A stretch of DNA of 64,000 nt from Cyanobacteria bacterium P01_F01_bin.150 (GTDB lineage Bacteria; Cyanobacteriota; Cyanobacteriia; CAKZMO01), in assembly GCA_039189765.1 (NCBI GenBank), contig JBCCYL010000018.1, positions 1 through 64,000 on the forward strand, in the 5' to 3' direction. The position numbers and the translations under genes are program-made. Positions 9,141-18,053 of the stretch are shown piece after piece. Positions within the stretch are counted from its first letter, which is position 1; every line of letters starts with the position of its first letter. Below the pieces are notes generated by a model. That model searched no databases. It was not told where the DNA came from and was given only the letters and a program-made list of their open reading frames with translations.

Positions 9141-12100
9141 ATGGAATTATCTAGAAATTTCAGCTTTCTTGCGAGTCATGATCAAGAACTGGCAGTGTTG
9201 GGTTCGTTCGCCGAGCGCTACTATGCCGAAGATCCCAATACCTGTTCAATTAAGCTGCGACAGTATGCAGAGTTGCTGGCCCAGCTCACTGCTGCCCATG
9301 AGCGCATCGCTGTTTATCATGTACAAAAGCAGCATGAATTATTAAGAGAGCTGAGACGGGAAGGGGTGCCTCAGCAGGCGCTCGATTTATTTCATTGGCT
9401 ACGCAAAGATGGTAACGATGCGGTTCATCAACGGGTCAGCAATCAGCAGCTTGCCCTCAATCATCTCCGGTATGCCTATCGGCTAGGAATTTGGTTCCAT
9501 CAAACCTATGGCGATCGCACCTTTAAACCCCAGCCGTTTGTGCCCCCTCCGATCAAAACGGTGGATGCAGAACTTAAGGAACAGATTGACCAACTCCGGC
9601 GAATCGCCAAGGTCAATAAACAAACGGCTGAGTCGGCCAAAGCTGTCGCAGCGGAGGAAGCCAAGCGACGGGAAACGGCGGAGCAACATGCAAAAGATCT
9701 AGCCGAGAAACTTAAGGCACTACAGGCGGCGGCGGCTAATCAAACGGCTCAGCAACGACAGGATACTCGCCAACGGAGTCAAACAGTTGCAGCGGCCATT
9801 GAATTAACAGAACAAGACGCTCGTCAACTTATCGACCAGCAGCTGCAAGCGGTGGGGTGGGAAGCTGATACGGAGACGCTGCGCTACTCCAAAGGGGCAA
9901 GGCCAACGGTGGGGCGGAATATGGCGATCGCCGAATATCCCCTGGCTGACAATCGCCGGGTGGACTATGCTCTATTTGTGGGAACCAAGCTTTTGGGCAT
10001 TCTGGAAGCGAAGGCTGAGGATGCGGCTAAGGCCCAAGCTCAAACGAGCGTCTATGCCAAGGATATTGCAGGCAGCTACAGCGTCTATCCCTTTGCCTTT
10101 TTTAGCGATTACTACACCACCTACTTCTGGGACATGGGCCGGGGCAATAAGCGCCTGGTGTCGGGCGTGTTTGGTCCCGATGATTTGGAGCGGTTAGCCC
10201 ACATTCGCACCCATCAGTCGCCGTTGGCCTCGGTTCAGCCCAATACCAGCATTGTCGATCGCACCTATCAGCTCGAAGCAATTCAGCGGATTGGGGAAGC
10301 CTTTGAAGCGGGAAAGCGACGAGCGTTGTTGGTGATGGCGACGGGAACGGGCAAAACCCGAACGGCGATGGCGCTGATTGAGCGTTTTTTGCAGACAGGG
10401 CAGGCGTTAAAGGTGCTGTTTGTGGCGGATCGGGATGCGCTGGTGAGTCAAGCGATGGAGAAAGGGTTTCAGCAGCACTTGCCCGATGAACCGCGTACGC
10501 GCATTTTCACCAAGAGCATCGACAAAACCAAGCGGCTGTATGTGTCTACCCAGCAGACCCTAGACCGCTGTTACCAAGACTTTAGCCCCGGCTTTTTTGA
10601 CCTGATTATTTTTGACGAGGCCCACCGTTCCCTGTTTAACAAGTTTGCCGAGGTGGTGGACTACTTCGATGCCCGGATGATTGGCCTGACCGCCACCCCA
10701 GCCAGTTTTATTAATCGCAATACCTTCCAGCTTTTTCACTGTGAGGGGATTACGCCGACGTTTCTGTATCCCTATCGGCAGGCCGTGCAAGAAAAGTATC
10801 TGGTGGATTTTAGTTTGTATCTTGCCCAGACTCGATTTCAGCGTCAGGGGATTAGCGGTGTGGACCTATCGGAAGACGAGCGCGATGTCTTGATTGAACA
10901 GGGGAAAGACCCGGATGAGCTTGATTTTACGGGCAGCGATCTGGAGAAAAAAGTCACCAATAAAGACACCCTGCGAAAACAGTGGGAAGAAATTATGGAG
11001 GTGTGTTTTAAGGATGAATCGGGGCAGCTTCCCGCCAAGACCATTGTGTTTGCCATGACCCAAGCCCACGCCAAGCGATTATGTGACACCTTTGAGGAGA
11101 TGTATCCCCACTGGCAGGATCTGGTCAAAGTCATCACCCATAAATACGAATATAACGGCACTCTAGTAAAGCAATTTACCAAAGAGGATAAGCCACGCAT
11201 TGCCATTTCCGTGGACATGTTGGATACGGGGGTAGACGTACCGGAAGCAATGAATCTGGTGTTTATGAAACCCGTCCAGTCTGCCATTAAGCTGTGGCAA
11301 ATGATCGGACGGGGTACCCGATGTCAGGCGGCCTGTGACCATCTGGAATGGCTACCCAATCGCCAGAAAAACGAATTTAAGATTATCGATTTTTGGGAAA
11401 ACGAGTTTGACCAAGAGGAACGACAATCGGAGGTTCAGGATCTGCCTATTTTGGTGCGACTGTTTAATACTCGGATCAAGCTGATGAAGGCGATGTTGGG
11501 ACAACAAACCAGCGACGACTTCCAGCGACTAGTGCAGGATGTGCGCGGCCAAATTGGTCTAATTCCCACCGATGCCTTTTCGGTCAAGAAAGAATGGCAT
11601 GGGATTAAACAGGCATGGAGCGATCGCTTTTGGCGCAGGTTGAGCGATCGCGATCTGACCTTTTTGCAGATGAATGTGGCTCCGCTGCTGCGATTTGCGG
11701 CGGGGGTAAATTTGGCGGAGGCAACGTTTATCCATAAGATTGAGCGGCTAAAGGTGCAGCAGGTCCAAGACAAGGTAAGTCCGGCGTTAATCGAATCGAT
11801 TGCGGACGATGTGGCAAAGCTGCCGGACTATGTGCATGAGAGCGATCGCTACAGGTCAGTGCTGGATAAATGTACGTCGGGACAAGTGGGAACGGCTACC
11901 TTTGCAGAACTGGCGGAAATCACTGAACTGCTGGCCAGCCAGATGAAAAACAAGCGCCGCACAAGATCTACGCTAGTCGAGCTAGATTTGATCGATATGA
12001 TGGACGTGCAGGAGTACGTGCTGCTCAACGATGGTAAAGAGCAGGTGTACGTGGCAGACTATCGTGAGCGGGTGGAATCGACGGTGCTAGCCGTGGTGAG

Positions 12101-12542
12101 CGATCATCCGGTGCTCCAGGCCCTGGAAAACGGCGAGGCGGTGAGTGATTTCCAATTGGTAAGTCTGGAGCGTACCCTAAGGAAAGAATTGGATGGCTAT
12201 CCGCTGGAACTCTCCACCGACAATATTCGCAAGGCTTACAAGATCAAAGTTGGCAGCTTTTTAGAGTTTGCCCGTCATCTGTTGGATTTAGAGGGGTTGC
12301 CGGACTATGAGGTCCTGGTGCGACGGGGATTTGAACAATTTATAGCGGAACATCAGTTTAGGGCCGACCAAATTCGCTTTCTGCGGGCAGTGGAGAGTAT
12401 CTTTATGCAGAAGCGCCAGTTGGATGTAGCTGATCTTTATGAAGGGCCACTCGTGCGGTTTGGTCAGGATGCGGTCGATCGCCTATTTACCGATGAACAG
12501 GTGAATGAATTGATGGCCTTTACCCAAGATATTGCAGTTTAA
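9141..12542 (+). CDS. hsdR: Type I restriction endonuclease subunit R (EcoAI/EcoEI-like, N-terminal DUF4145-like domain)
   Basis: Nuclease VDY..EAK and QxxxY; Walker A MATGTGKT; DEAH; TATP; DTGVD; QMIGRGTR; EcoEI-type C-terminus. Confidence 0.93.
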   Translation: MELSRNFSFLASHDQELAVLGSFAERYYAEDPNTCSIKLRQYAELLAQLTAAHERIAVYHVQKQHELLRELRREGVPQQALDLFHWLRKDGNDAVHQRVSNQQLALNHLRYAYRLGIWFHQTYGDRTFKPQPFVPPPIKTVDAELKEQIDQLRRIAKVNKQTAESAKAVAAEEAKRRETAEQHAKDLAEKLKALQAAAANQTAQQRQDTRQRSQTVAAAIELTEQDARQLIDQQLQAVGWEADTETLRYSKGARPTVGRNMAIAEYPLADNRRVDYALFVGTKLLGILEAKAEDAAKAQAQTSVYAKDIAGSYSVYPFAFFSDYYTTYFWDMGRGNKRLVSGVFGPDDLERLAHIRTHQSPLASVQPNTSIVDRTYQLEAIQRIGEAFEAGKRRALLVMATGTGKTRTAMALIERFLQTGQALKVLFVADRDALVSQAMEKGFQQHLPDEPRTRIFTKSIDKTKRLYVSTQQTLDRCYQDFSPGFFDLIIFDEAHRSLFNKFAEVVDYFDARMIGLTATPASFINRNTFQLFHCEGITPTFLYPYRQAVQEKYLVDFSLYLAQTRFQRQGISGVDLSEDERDVLIEQGKDPDELDFTGSDLEKKVTNKDTLRKQWEEIMEVCFKDESGQLPAKTIVFAMTQAHAKRLCDTFEEMYPHWQDLVKVITHKYEYNGTLVKQFTKEDKPRIAISVDMLDTGVDVPEAMNLVFMKPVQSAIKLWQMIGRGTRCQAACDHLEWLPNRQKNEFKIIDFWENEFDQEERQSEVQDLPILVRLFNTRIKLMKAMLGQQTSDDFQRLVQDVRGQIGLIPTDAFSVKKEWHGIKQAWSDRFWRRLSDRDLTFLQMNVAPLLRFAAGVNLAEATFIHKIERLKVQQVQDKVSPALIESIADDVAKLPDYVHESDRYRSVLDKCTSGQVGTATFAELAEITELLASQMKNKRRTRSTLVELDLIDMMDVQEYVLLNDGKEQVYVADYRERVESTVLAVVSDHPVLQALENGEAVSDFQLVSLERTLRKELDGYPLELSTDNIRKAYKIKVGSFLEFARHLLDLEGLPDYEVLVRRGFEQFIAEHQFRADQIRFLRAVESIFMQKRQLDVADLYEGPLVRFGQDAVDRLFTDEQVNELMAFTQDIAV

Positions 12543-12594
12543 TGCATATATGCTATTCCAGGGTTCCCCTCCTGTAGGATGGGCAAAACGATCG

Positions 12595-12639
12595 TGACGT
12601 TTTGATGCTGACGTTTTGATGCTGACGTTTTGATGCTGA
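12595..12639 (+). repeat. Tandem 14-bp repeat x3 upstream of hsdM
   Basis: TGACGTTTTGATGC at 12595, 12609, 12623. Confidence 0.9.
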
Positions 12640-12658
12640 TAGAAGGACGTTCCCGTTT

Positions 12659-14368
12659 ATGCTGACCGATACTGAACTTAAGTCCAAAGTGGATGGCCTG
12701 TGGGACAAGCTGTGGACCGGGGGTTTGACCAATCCAATGGATGCGATCGAGCAGTTTTCCTATCTGCTGTTTATGAAGCGGTTGGATGAAGCGGAGGAAC
12801 GACGGCAGGCCCAGGCCAAGCGTCGCAACCAGGACTTTAACGCCAAATTAACCACGGAGCAACGCTGGGGCTATTGGACGAATTTGGCGGCAGCGAAAGC
12901 GCTAAAGCACGTTAAAGAAGAGGTTTTTCCAGCGCTCAAAGAACTGGGAGGGAAAACCAGCTCTTTTGCTGAGTATATGAAGAATGCCGAATTTAAGATC
13001 AATAAACCCAGCCTGCTGCTGGAAGCCTGCAAAGAAATCGACCAGATGCAGATTTCAGCCCAGAACCAGGATGTGCAGGGCGATCTGTATGAATATCTGC
13101 TCAGTAAACTCAGCATTGCCGGACGCAACGGCCAGTTTCGCACCCCGCGTCATATTATTCGAATGATGGTGCAGATGATTGCTCCCCGACCCACCGAGCG
13201 GATTTGCGATCCGGCGGCGGGGACCTGTGGCTTTTTACTCAATGCCTATCAGTACATTCTGGAGCAGGCCACCAGCCCGGATATTCTGGAGTATGACGAT
13301 GAGGGCTGGCCCCGCAATCTAATTGGCGACAACTTGGGCATGGAAGACGGCAAGTTTCTCCAAACTCAGGGCATCACCGGGTATGACAATGACTCCGGCA
13401 TGTCCATGCTGCGGATTGGTTCGATGAACCTGATGCTACACGGCATTGATAGCCCCCGCTTTTTCTATAGCGATACTTTGTCAAAGAATTTTGATGAGGA
13501 ACGCCGATATGACGTGATCCTGGCTAATCCACCGTTTAAGGGAGCGATCGACAAGAACGATATCAACCCCAGCCTGGACGGGTATGGCAAAAAGACCGAG
13601 CTGCTGTTTGTGCATTTGTTTTTGCGACTGCTGGAGATGGGGGGACGGTGTGGGGCGATCGTGCCCGATGGGGTACTGTTTGGATCGAGTAAGGCCCATG
13701 TGGCAACTCGGAAAAAGCTCATCGAAGAAAATCGGCTAGACGGCATTGTATCCATGCCCAGCGGCGTATTTAAGCCCTATGCGGGGGTATCCACCGCCAT
13801 TCTGTTTTTTACTAAAGGAGCAGAAACGGAGCACATCTGGTTTTACGATATGGGCCACGATGGCTTTTCCTTGGACGATAAGCGCAATCGGGTAAGCGAG
13901 AGCGATATCCCCGATATTCTGGAGTGCTGGGAACACCGCCATGACCCAACGTTTATGGCCCAGCGGCAGGAACGAATTGAAACCCTCAAGGAAAAACTGG
14001 CACCGCTAAAGGCCCAGCGGCTGGAGCTAGAAGGGGAGATCCATCGGCTGACGTTTGAGGATGCGATCGCCCCCGAAGATGACGACCAACCCAAGCAGGC
14101 GTTAGCCGTAGTCCAGACGCAGCTTAATCAGTTGGACTCCGAGATCCAGCCCTTGCAGGCGGAATTGGATCAGCTCAACCGTCAGTTTTGGGTGACCAAA
14201 GAGCAGGTGCAGGCCAATAAGTACGACCTGTCTGCCAGTCGCTACCGCCAGATTGAGCAGGAAGCCGTATATTACGAAACGCCCAAGGTGACCATGGAAC
14301 GTTTGTTGAAGCTGGAGAAGGTAATGGCGGCAGAGGTGGCAGAATTAGAGAAGTTGCTGGAGGCATAG
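12659..14368 (+). CDS. hsdM: Type I R-M N6-adenine methyltransferase subunit M
   Basis: GQFRTPRHII, DPAAGTCGF (motif I), ANPPF (motif IV), VPDGVLF, GVFKPYAGV. Confidence 0.95.
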   Translation: MLTDTELKSKVDGLWDKLWTGGLTNPMDAIEQFSYLLFMKRLDEAEERRQAQAKRRNQDFNAKLTTEQRWGYWTNLAAAKALKHVKEEVFPALKELGGKTSSFAEYMKNAEFKINKPSLLLEACKEIDQMQISAQNQDVQGDLYEYLLSKLSIAGRNGQFRTPRHIIRMMVQMIAPRPTERICDPAAGTCGFLLNAYQYILEQATSPDILEYDDEGWPRNLIGDNLGMEDGKFLQTQGITGYDNDSGMSMLRIGSMNLMLHGIDSPRFFYSDTLSKNFDEERRYDVILANPPFKGAIDKNDINPSLDGYGKKTELLFVHLFLRLLEMGGRCGAIVPDGVLFGSSKAHVATRKKLIEENRLDGIVSMPSGVFKPYAGVSTAILFFTKGAETEHIWFYDMGHDGFSLDDKRNRVSESDIPDILECWEHRHDPTFMAQRQERIETLKEKLAPLKAQRLELEGEIHRLTFEDAIAPEDDDQPKQALAVVQTQLNQLDSEIQPLQAELDQLNRQFWVTKEQVQANKYDLSASRYRQIEQEAVYYETPKVTMERLLKLEKVMAAEVAELEKLLEA

Positions 14369-14371
14369 GTG

Positions 14372-14926
14372 ATGAGTACTGCAACACAGGTTATGACCCT
14401 AGAGGCATTTTTGGCTCTGCCAGAAACGGAGCCTGGGTCTGAGTTGATTAAGGGTGAAGTTCTACAAAAGCCAATGCCTCAAGAGCAACATAGTCGCTTG
14501 CAATCGAAGCTAAGTGCAACGATCAATCAGGCAAGTGAAGATGCCAAGATTGCCTATGCCTTTACGGAACTGCGGTGTTCGTTTGGGGATGATTCCATTA
14601 TCCCGGATATTGCGGTAGTACGATGGGGCCGGATTCCCCGTGATGAGTCGGGGCGGGTGGCAAATAAATTTGAGATTCCGCCGGACTGGGCCATTGAGAT
14701 TCTGTCGCCGGACCAGAGTGTAACCAAGGTGTTGAGAAAGCTGCTCCATTGTTCGGAACATGGCACAGCGTTGGGGTGGTTGCTCAATCCAGCGGAATCA
14801 ATGGTGATTTTGGTGTTGCCCGGTCAACGGGTGCAGTTTTTGGAGGGGGACGCGACGCTACCTGTGCTGGAAGGCATTGATTTGTCGTTGACGGTGGATC
14901 AGGTCTTTGGCTGGTTGGAGTTTTAG
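14372..14926 (+). CDS. Uma2 (DUF820) family PD-(D/E)xK endonuclease-like protein
   Basis: MTLEAFL.LPE, ELI.G, PMP...HS, IPDIA, PDWAIEILSPDQ. Confidence 0.9.
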   Translation: MSTATQVMTLEAFLALPETEPGSELIKGEVLQKPMPQEQHSRLQSKLSATINQASEDAKIAYAFTELRCSFGDDSIIPDIAVVRWGRIPRDESGRVANKFEIPPDWAIEILSPDQSVTKVLRKLLHCSEHGTALGWLLNPAESMVILVLPGQRVQFLEGDATLPVLEGIDLSLTVDQVFGWLEF

Positions 14927-14945
14927 ATGGTAAGGAGTTTAGGGA

Positions 14946-15320
14946 ATGGCTCAGAAGTTTGTAGATGAACGAACTGAGACTCTTGATCAAGTCGTCGATG
15001 CTTTAGGCGTTGTCACGAATAAAGCTCAAGTACTCGATCGATTGCAGGCTCATCTTGATACCTTGCAAACGTTTGGAGTTCGGCAATGTGGGCTGTTTGG
15101 ATCGTTTGTCAAAGATGTGGCGATTCATGAGCAAAGTGACGTGGATATTTTGGTGGCATTTGAATCGGAGAAAAAAACGTTTGATAATTTTATGGGACTA
15201 TCCTTTTTCCTGGAAGAGCTGCTGGGGCGATCGGTCGATTTGGTTACAATCGAATCCTTAAGTCCTCATATTGGTCCTCATATTTTGCACGAGGTTGAGT
15301 ATGTCTCCTTCAACTCGTGA
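14946..15320 (+). CDS. Minimal nucleotidyltransferase (MNT/MntA-type antitoxin)
   Basis: LFGSF...SDVDILV, LEELLGRSVDL; overlaps the HEPN gene. Confidence 0.88.
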   Translation: MAQKFVDERTETLDQVVDALGVVTNKAQVLDRLQAHLDTLQTFGVRQCGLFGSFVKDVAIHEQSDVDILVAFESEKKTFDNFMGLSFFLEELLGRSVDLVTIESLSPHIGPHILHEVEYVSFNS

Positions 15321-15648
15321 GTTTCTGAAGCACATTTTGGAGGAAACAACGTATCTCAAATCCCATTCGGCAACGGTGACGAAAGAGGCATTTATGGACG
15401 ATGACACATTAAAACGAGCCTATGTAAGGAGTCTTGAGATTATTGGTGAAGCGGTGAAGAAACTGCCCACTGAAATACGCAATAAATATAGTGGTATTGA
15501 TTGGCGTGCTATTGCCGGAATGCGCGATCGCCTTATCCATAATTACTTTGGCGTTGATTATGAGATTGTCTGGGATGTAGTGAGCAACAAGATACCAGAG
15601 CTAGACACAGTGGTCAAAACAGCGATTAAACAAGACTTTCCTCCCTGA
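15301..15648 (+). CDS. HEPN (DUF86/HepT-like) RNase toxin
   Basis: LEIIGEA, W..IAGMRDRLIHNYFGVD with R-X4-H motif. Confidence 0.9.
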   Translation: MSPSTREFLKHILEETTYLKSHSATVTKEAFMDDDTLKRAYVRSLEIIGEAVKKLPTEIRNKYSGIDWRAIAGMRDRLIHNYFGVDYEIVWDVVSNKIPELDTVVKTAIKQDFPP

Positions 15649-15663
15649 ACCATCATCTCAGCC

Positions 15664-15741
15664 GTAGGTTGGGTTGACGCAAGGAAACCCAACACAAAAA
15701 GCTCTGGCCACGTTGGGTTTCGTTACCTCAACCCAACCTAC
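15664..15741. repeat. GTAG-family REP doublet (REPIN-like)
   Basis: GTAGGTTGGGTTGA..GAAACCCAAC ... GTTGGGTTTC..TCAACCCAACCTAC inverted pair. Confidence 0.8.
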
Positions 15742-15823
15742 AATAGCTCGATCGCCAACATCAGCCTTCCAATCAGTTGGACATAAGGCTTCCCGTGGTA
15801 TCGATCGCACAGATTTCTATCCC

Positions 15824-15907
15824 GTAGGGTGCCGTTAGCGAAGCGTAACGCACCGTTTAGCAGCATAAAGAAAATGCGTTATGGTGATCGACTAACAGCT
15901 TCCATAC
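15824..15907. repeat. GTAG-family REP with a decayed inverted partner
   Basis: GTAGGGTGCCGTTAGCGAAGCGTAACGCACC; related copies at 47797 and 49344. Confidence 0.65.
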
Positions 15908-15941
15908 CTCCAAAGAAAGAATAGTTCAACAATTTAGGTCA

Positions 15942-17177
15942 ATGAATAATCTGCCTGAAAGTGCCAAATATCCTCAAATTGCAATTGGTGAACTAGCTTC
16001 ACCAGAAAAAGGCTCTTTCAAAATTGGACCATTTGGTAGTTCTCTTAAAAAAGAAGAATTGGTTCAATTTGGTATTCCAGTAGCTGGTATTGAAAATGTT
16101 TTACCAAATCACTTTAATGCTAAATTTAGAAAATTTATAACTGAAGATAAATTTCAACAATTATCCCATTATCAATTATTTCCTAATGATATTGTCGTAA
16201 CAACGATGGGCACTATTGGACGTGCTGCGGTAGTGCCAGAAAATGCGAGAAATATGATCATGGATTCTCATCTTTTCCGAATGAGAGTAGATCGAAAAAA
16301 GGTAATATCTAGCTTCCTTGCATATGCTATCAACGGATTTGACGGCTTGAAGGTCCAGCTAAAGCGAAAATCTAGAGGTGCAATCATGGCAGGGCTAAAT
16401 ACTACTATTTTGAAAGAATGTATTATCCCGTTACCGCCGTTGGAGGAGCAGCGACGGATTGCGGATATTGCCATGAGAGCCGATCGCCTCCGCCGCACCC
16501 GCCGCTACGGGCAACATCTCAGTGACACCTACCTCCAATCCGTCTTCCTAGAAATGTTCGGTGACCCAGTAACCAATTCAAAAGGCTGGAAGATAGACGT
16601 ACTTTCAAATGTTATTCAAGGTGATATGAGAAATGGTCTATCACCATCAAATCGCGGAAAGTTTGAAGGAAAAGTTCTGACACTCTCCGCTATTACCCAG
16701 AAAAAATTTAGAGGATATGAGCAGAAAAAGGCTACCTTCGACTTCTACATGCCTGAAGATAAAAGAGTTAAAAAAACAGATTTACTTATTTGCCGTGGGA
16801 ATGGCAACATTCACTTAGTGGGTTGTGGAAGATTCCCAGATATTGATTATCCAGATGTATTGTTTCCAGATACAGTAATTGCGGCTCCAATTGATTTTTC
16901 TATTGTGAATAGGGAATATGTAGAAGTTTTATGGAATAGTCCACTGGTCCGTAGTCAAATTGAAAAACAGGCTAGTACTACCAATGGAACATATAAGATT
17001 AATCAAAAAGTTCTCAGTCATATTAAACTGATTGTTCCGCCTCTTCCTCTTCAGCAAAAATTTGCTGCCATTGTCCAAAGATTTGAACGACTACGGCGTC
17101 AGCAGCGGGAGGGCGATCGTCAAGCCGAGCATTTATTCCAGAGCATCTTGCACCGGGCGTTTCGGGGAGAGATTTAG
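15942..17177 (+). CDS. hsdS: Type I R-M specificity subunit S
   Basis: Two TRDs each followed by a conserved repeat (PLPPLEEQRRIA; VPPLPLQQKFA), central FLEMFGDP, C-terminal LFQSILHRAFRGE. Confidence 0.93.
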   Translation: MNNLPESAKYPQIAIGELASPEKGSFKIGPFGSSLKKEELVQFGIPVAGIENVLPNHFNAKFRKFITEDKFQQLSHYQLFPNDIVVTTMGTIGRAAVVPENARNMIMDSHLFRMRVDRKKVISSFLAYAINGFDGLKVQLKRKSRGAIMAGLNTTILKECIIPLPPLEEQRRIADIAMRADRLRRTRRYGQHLSDTYLQSVFLEMFGDPVTNSKGWKIDVLSNVIQGDMRNGLSPSNRGKFEGKVLTLSAITQKKFRGYEQKKATFDFYMPEDKRVKKTDLLICRGNGNIHLVGCGRFPDIDYPDVLFPDTVIAAPIDFSIVNREYVEVLWNSPLVRSQIEKQASTTNGTYKINQKVLSHIKLIVPPLPLQQKFAAIVQRFERLRRQQREGDRQAEHLFQSILHRAFRGEI

Positions 17178-17272
17178 GAAAGGATGAAGGCAGAAGGATG
17201 AAGGCAGAAGAGGGAGTGGGGCGTTGGGTCACCTGTGCAAAGCACGTATCGCCGTTCCAAAATCCCAAGGTT

Positions 17273-17488
17273 TTAAGCAGCAACCACACTTACTAACTCA
17301 CTGGAGGAAGACGGTTGGGGAATCAATTCTCCCCTTGCTCGCAAATCTTCAAGATGAAACTCTACAGCCTCTTTGATTAGAGTTAGAGCTTCTTCACGAG
17401 TTTCGCCTACGGCAACACAACCTGGAAGGTCGGGGACATAAGCCCCATAGCTGGTTTCTCCTGCTTCAATTACAACCATGTACTGCAT
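17273..17488 (-). CDS. hicB: HicB-family antitoxin (short form)
   Basis: YGAYVPDLPGCVAVGETREEA..IKEAVEFHLE. Confidence 0.9.
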   Translation of the reverse strand: MQYMVVIEAGETSYGAYVPDLPGCVAVGETREEALTLIKEAVEFHLEDLRARGELIPQPSSSSELVSVVAA

Positions 17489-17492
17489 TGTC

Positions 17493-17687
17493 TTACTCCT
17501 TTGATTTCAAGCCAGCTTGTTTCAGAATACTGTTGAGGGTTCCTGGTGGAATGTCAATGCTTGGCTTTCCAGATACAGTCACGGTACCAGTTTTCTCAGG
17601 ATGATGAAATTGTCGATGACTGCCTTTCATTTGCACTTGAACCCAGCCGTCATCTTTCAGGACTTTGATCATGTCCCTTACTTTCAT
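17493..17687 (-). CDS. hicA: HicA-family mRNA interferase toxin
   Basis: MKVRDMIKVL..DGW...KGSHRQF.HP...TV, GTLNSILKQAG; directly upstream of hicB. Confidence 0.9.
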   Translation of the reverse strand: MKVRDMIKVLKDDGWVQVQMKGSHRQFHHPEKTGTVTVSGKPSIDIPPGTLNSILKQAGLKSKE

Positions 17688-17854
17688 GCCAACCAGCCTC
17701 TCAATATAATGCACCTGTTCTCTATCATAACGATCGTCATCTACATTGCGAAAGATTGCCATTTTCCAGCGCATTTTGTATCAGGCGTTTCGGCATCGGG
17801 CGGAAAGCTTTAGGAAAGGCATAAGTATGAAGGCTGAGGAGGGCGATCGCCTAC

Positions 17855-17903
17855 CAAAATCCAGACTTCGACAAGCTCAGTCCCCGATCTAAAATCCAAA
17901 ATA
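17855..17903 (+). repeat. Small dispersed repeat GACTTCGACAAGCTCAGT inside an AAAATCY tract
   Basis: Reverse-orientation relatives at about 42334-42352 and 42373-42390, also inside GATTTTG tracts. Confidence 0.6.
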
Positions 17904-18053
17904 GTAAAAGCTTGATGATGTTGGACCGTCAATATCCAAATGCACGAAAATTTACAGAATTCGTGATGGTTTAAGTCTTATATGTAGAAAAGTGCGTTGG
18001 TGTACCCGTGCAAACCACGTATCGCCGCACCAAAATCCAACATTCAAAATTCC

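Noticed and set aside
17517..17813. 98-aa plus-strand ORF over hicA
   Set aside because: Antisense to a well-supported hicA; no motif
9029..17990. Island as an integrative element or prophage
   Set aside because: No integrase, tRNA or flanking att-like direct repeat was found by eye
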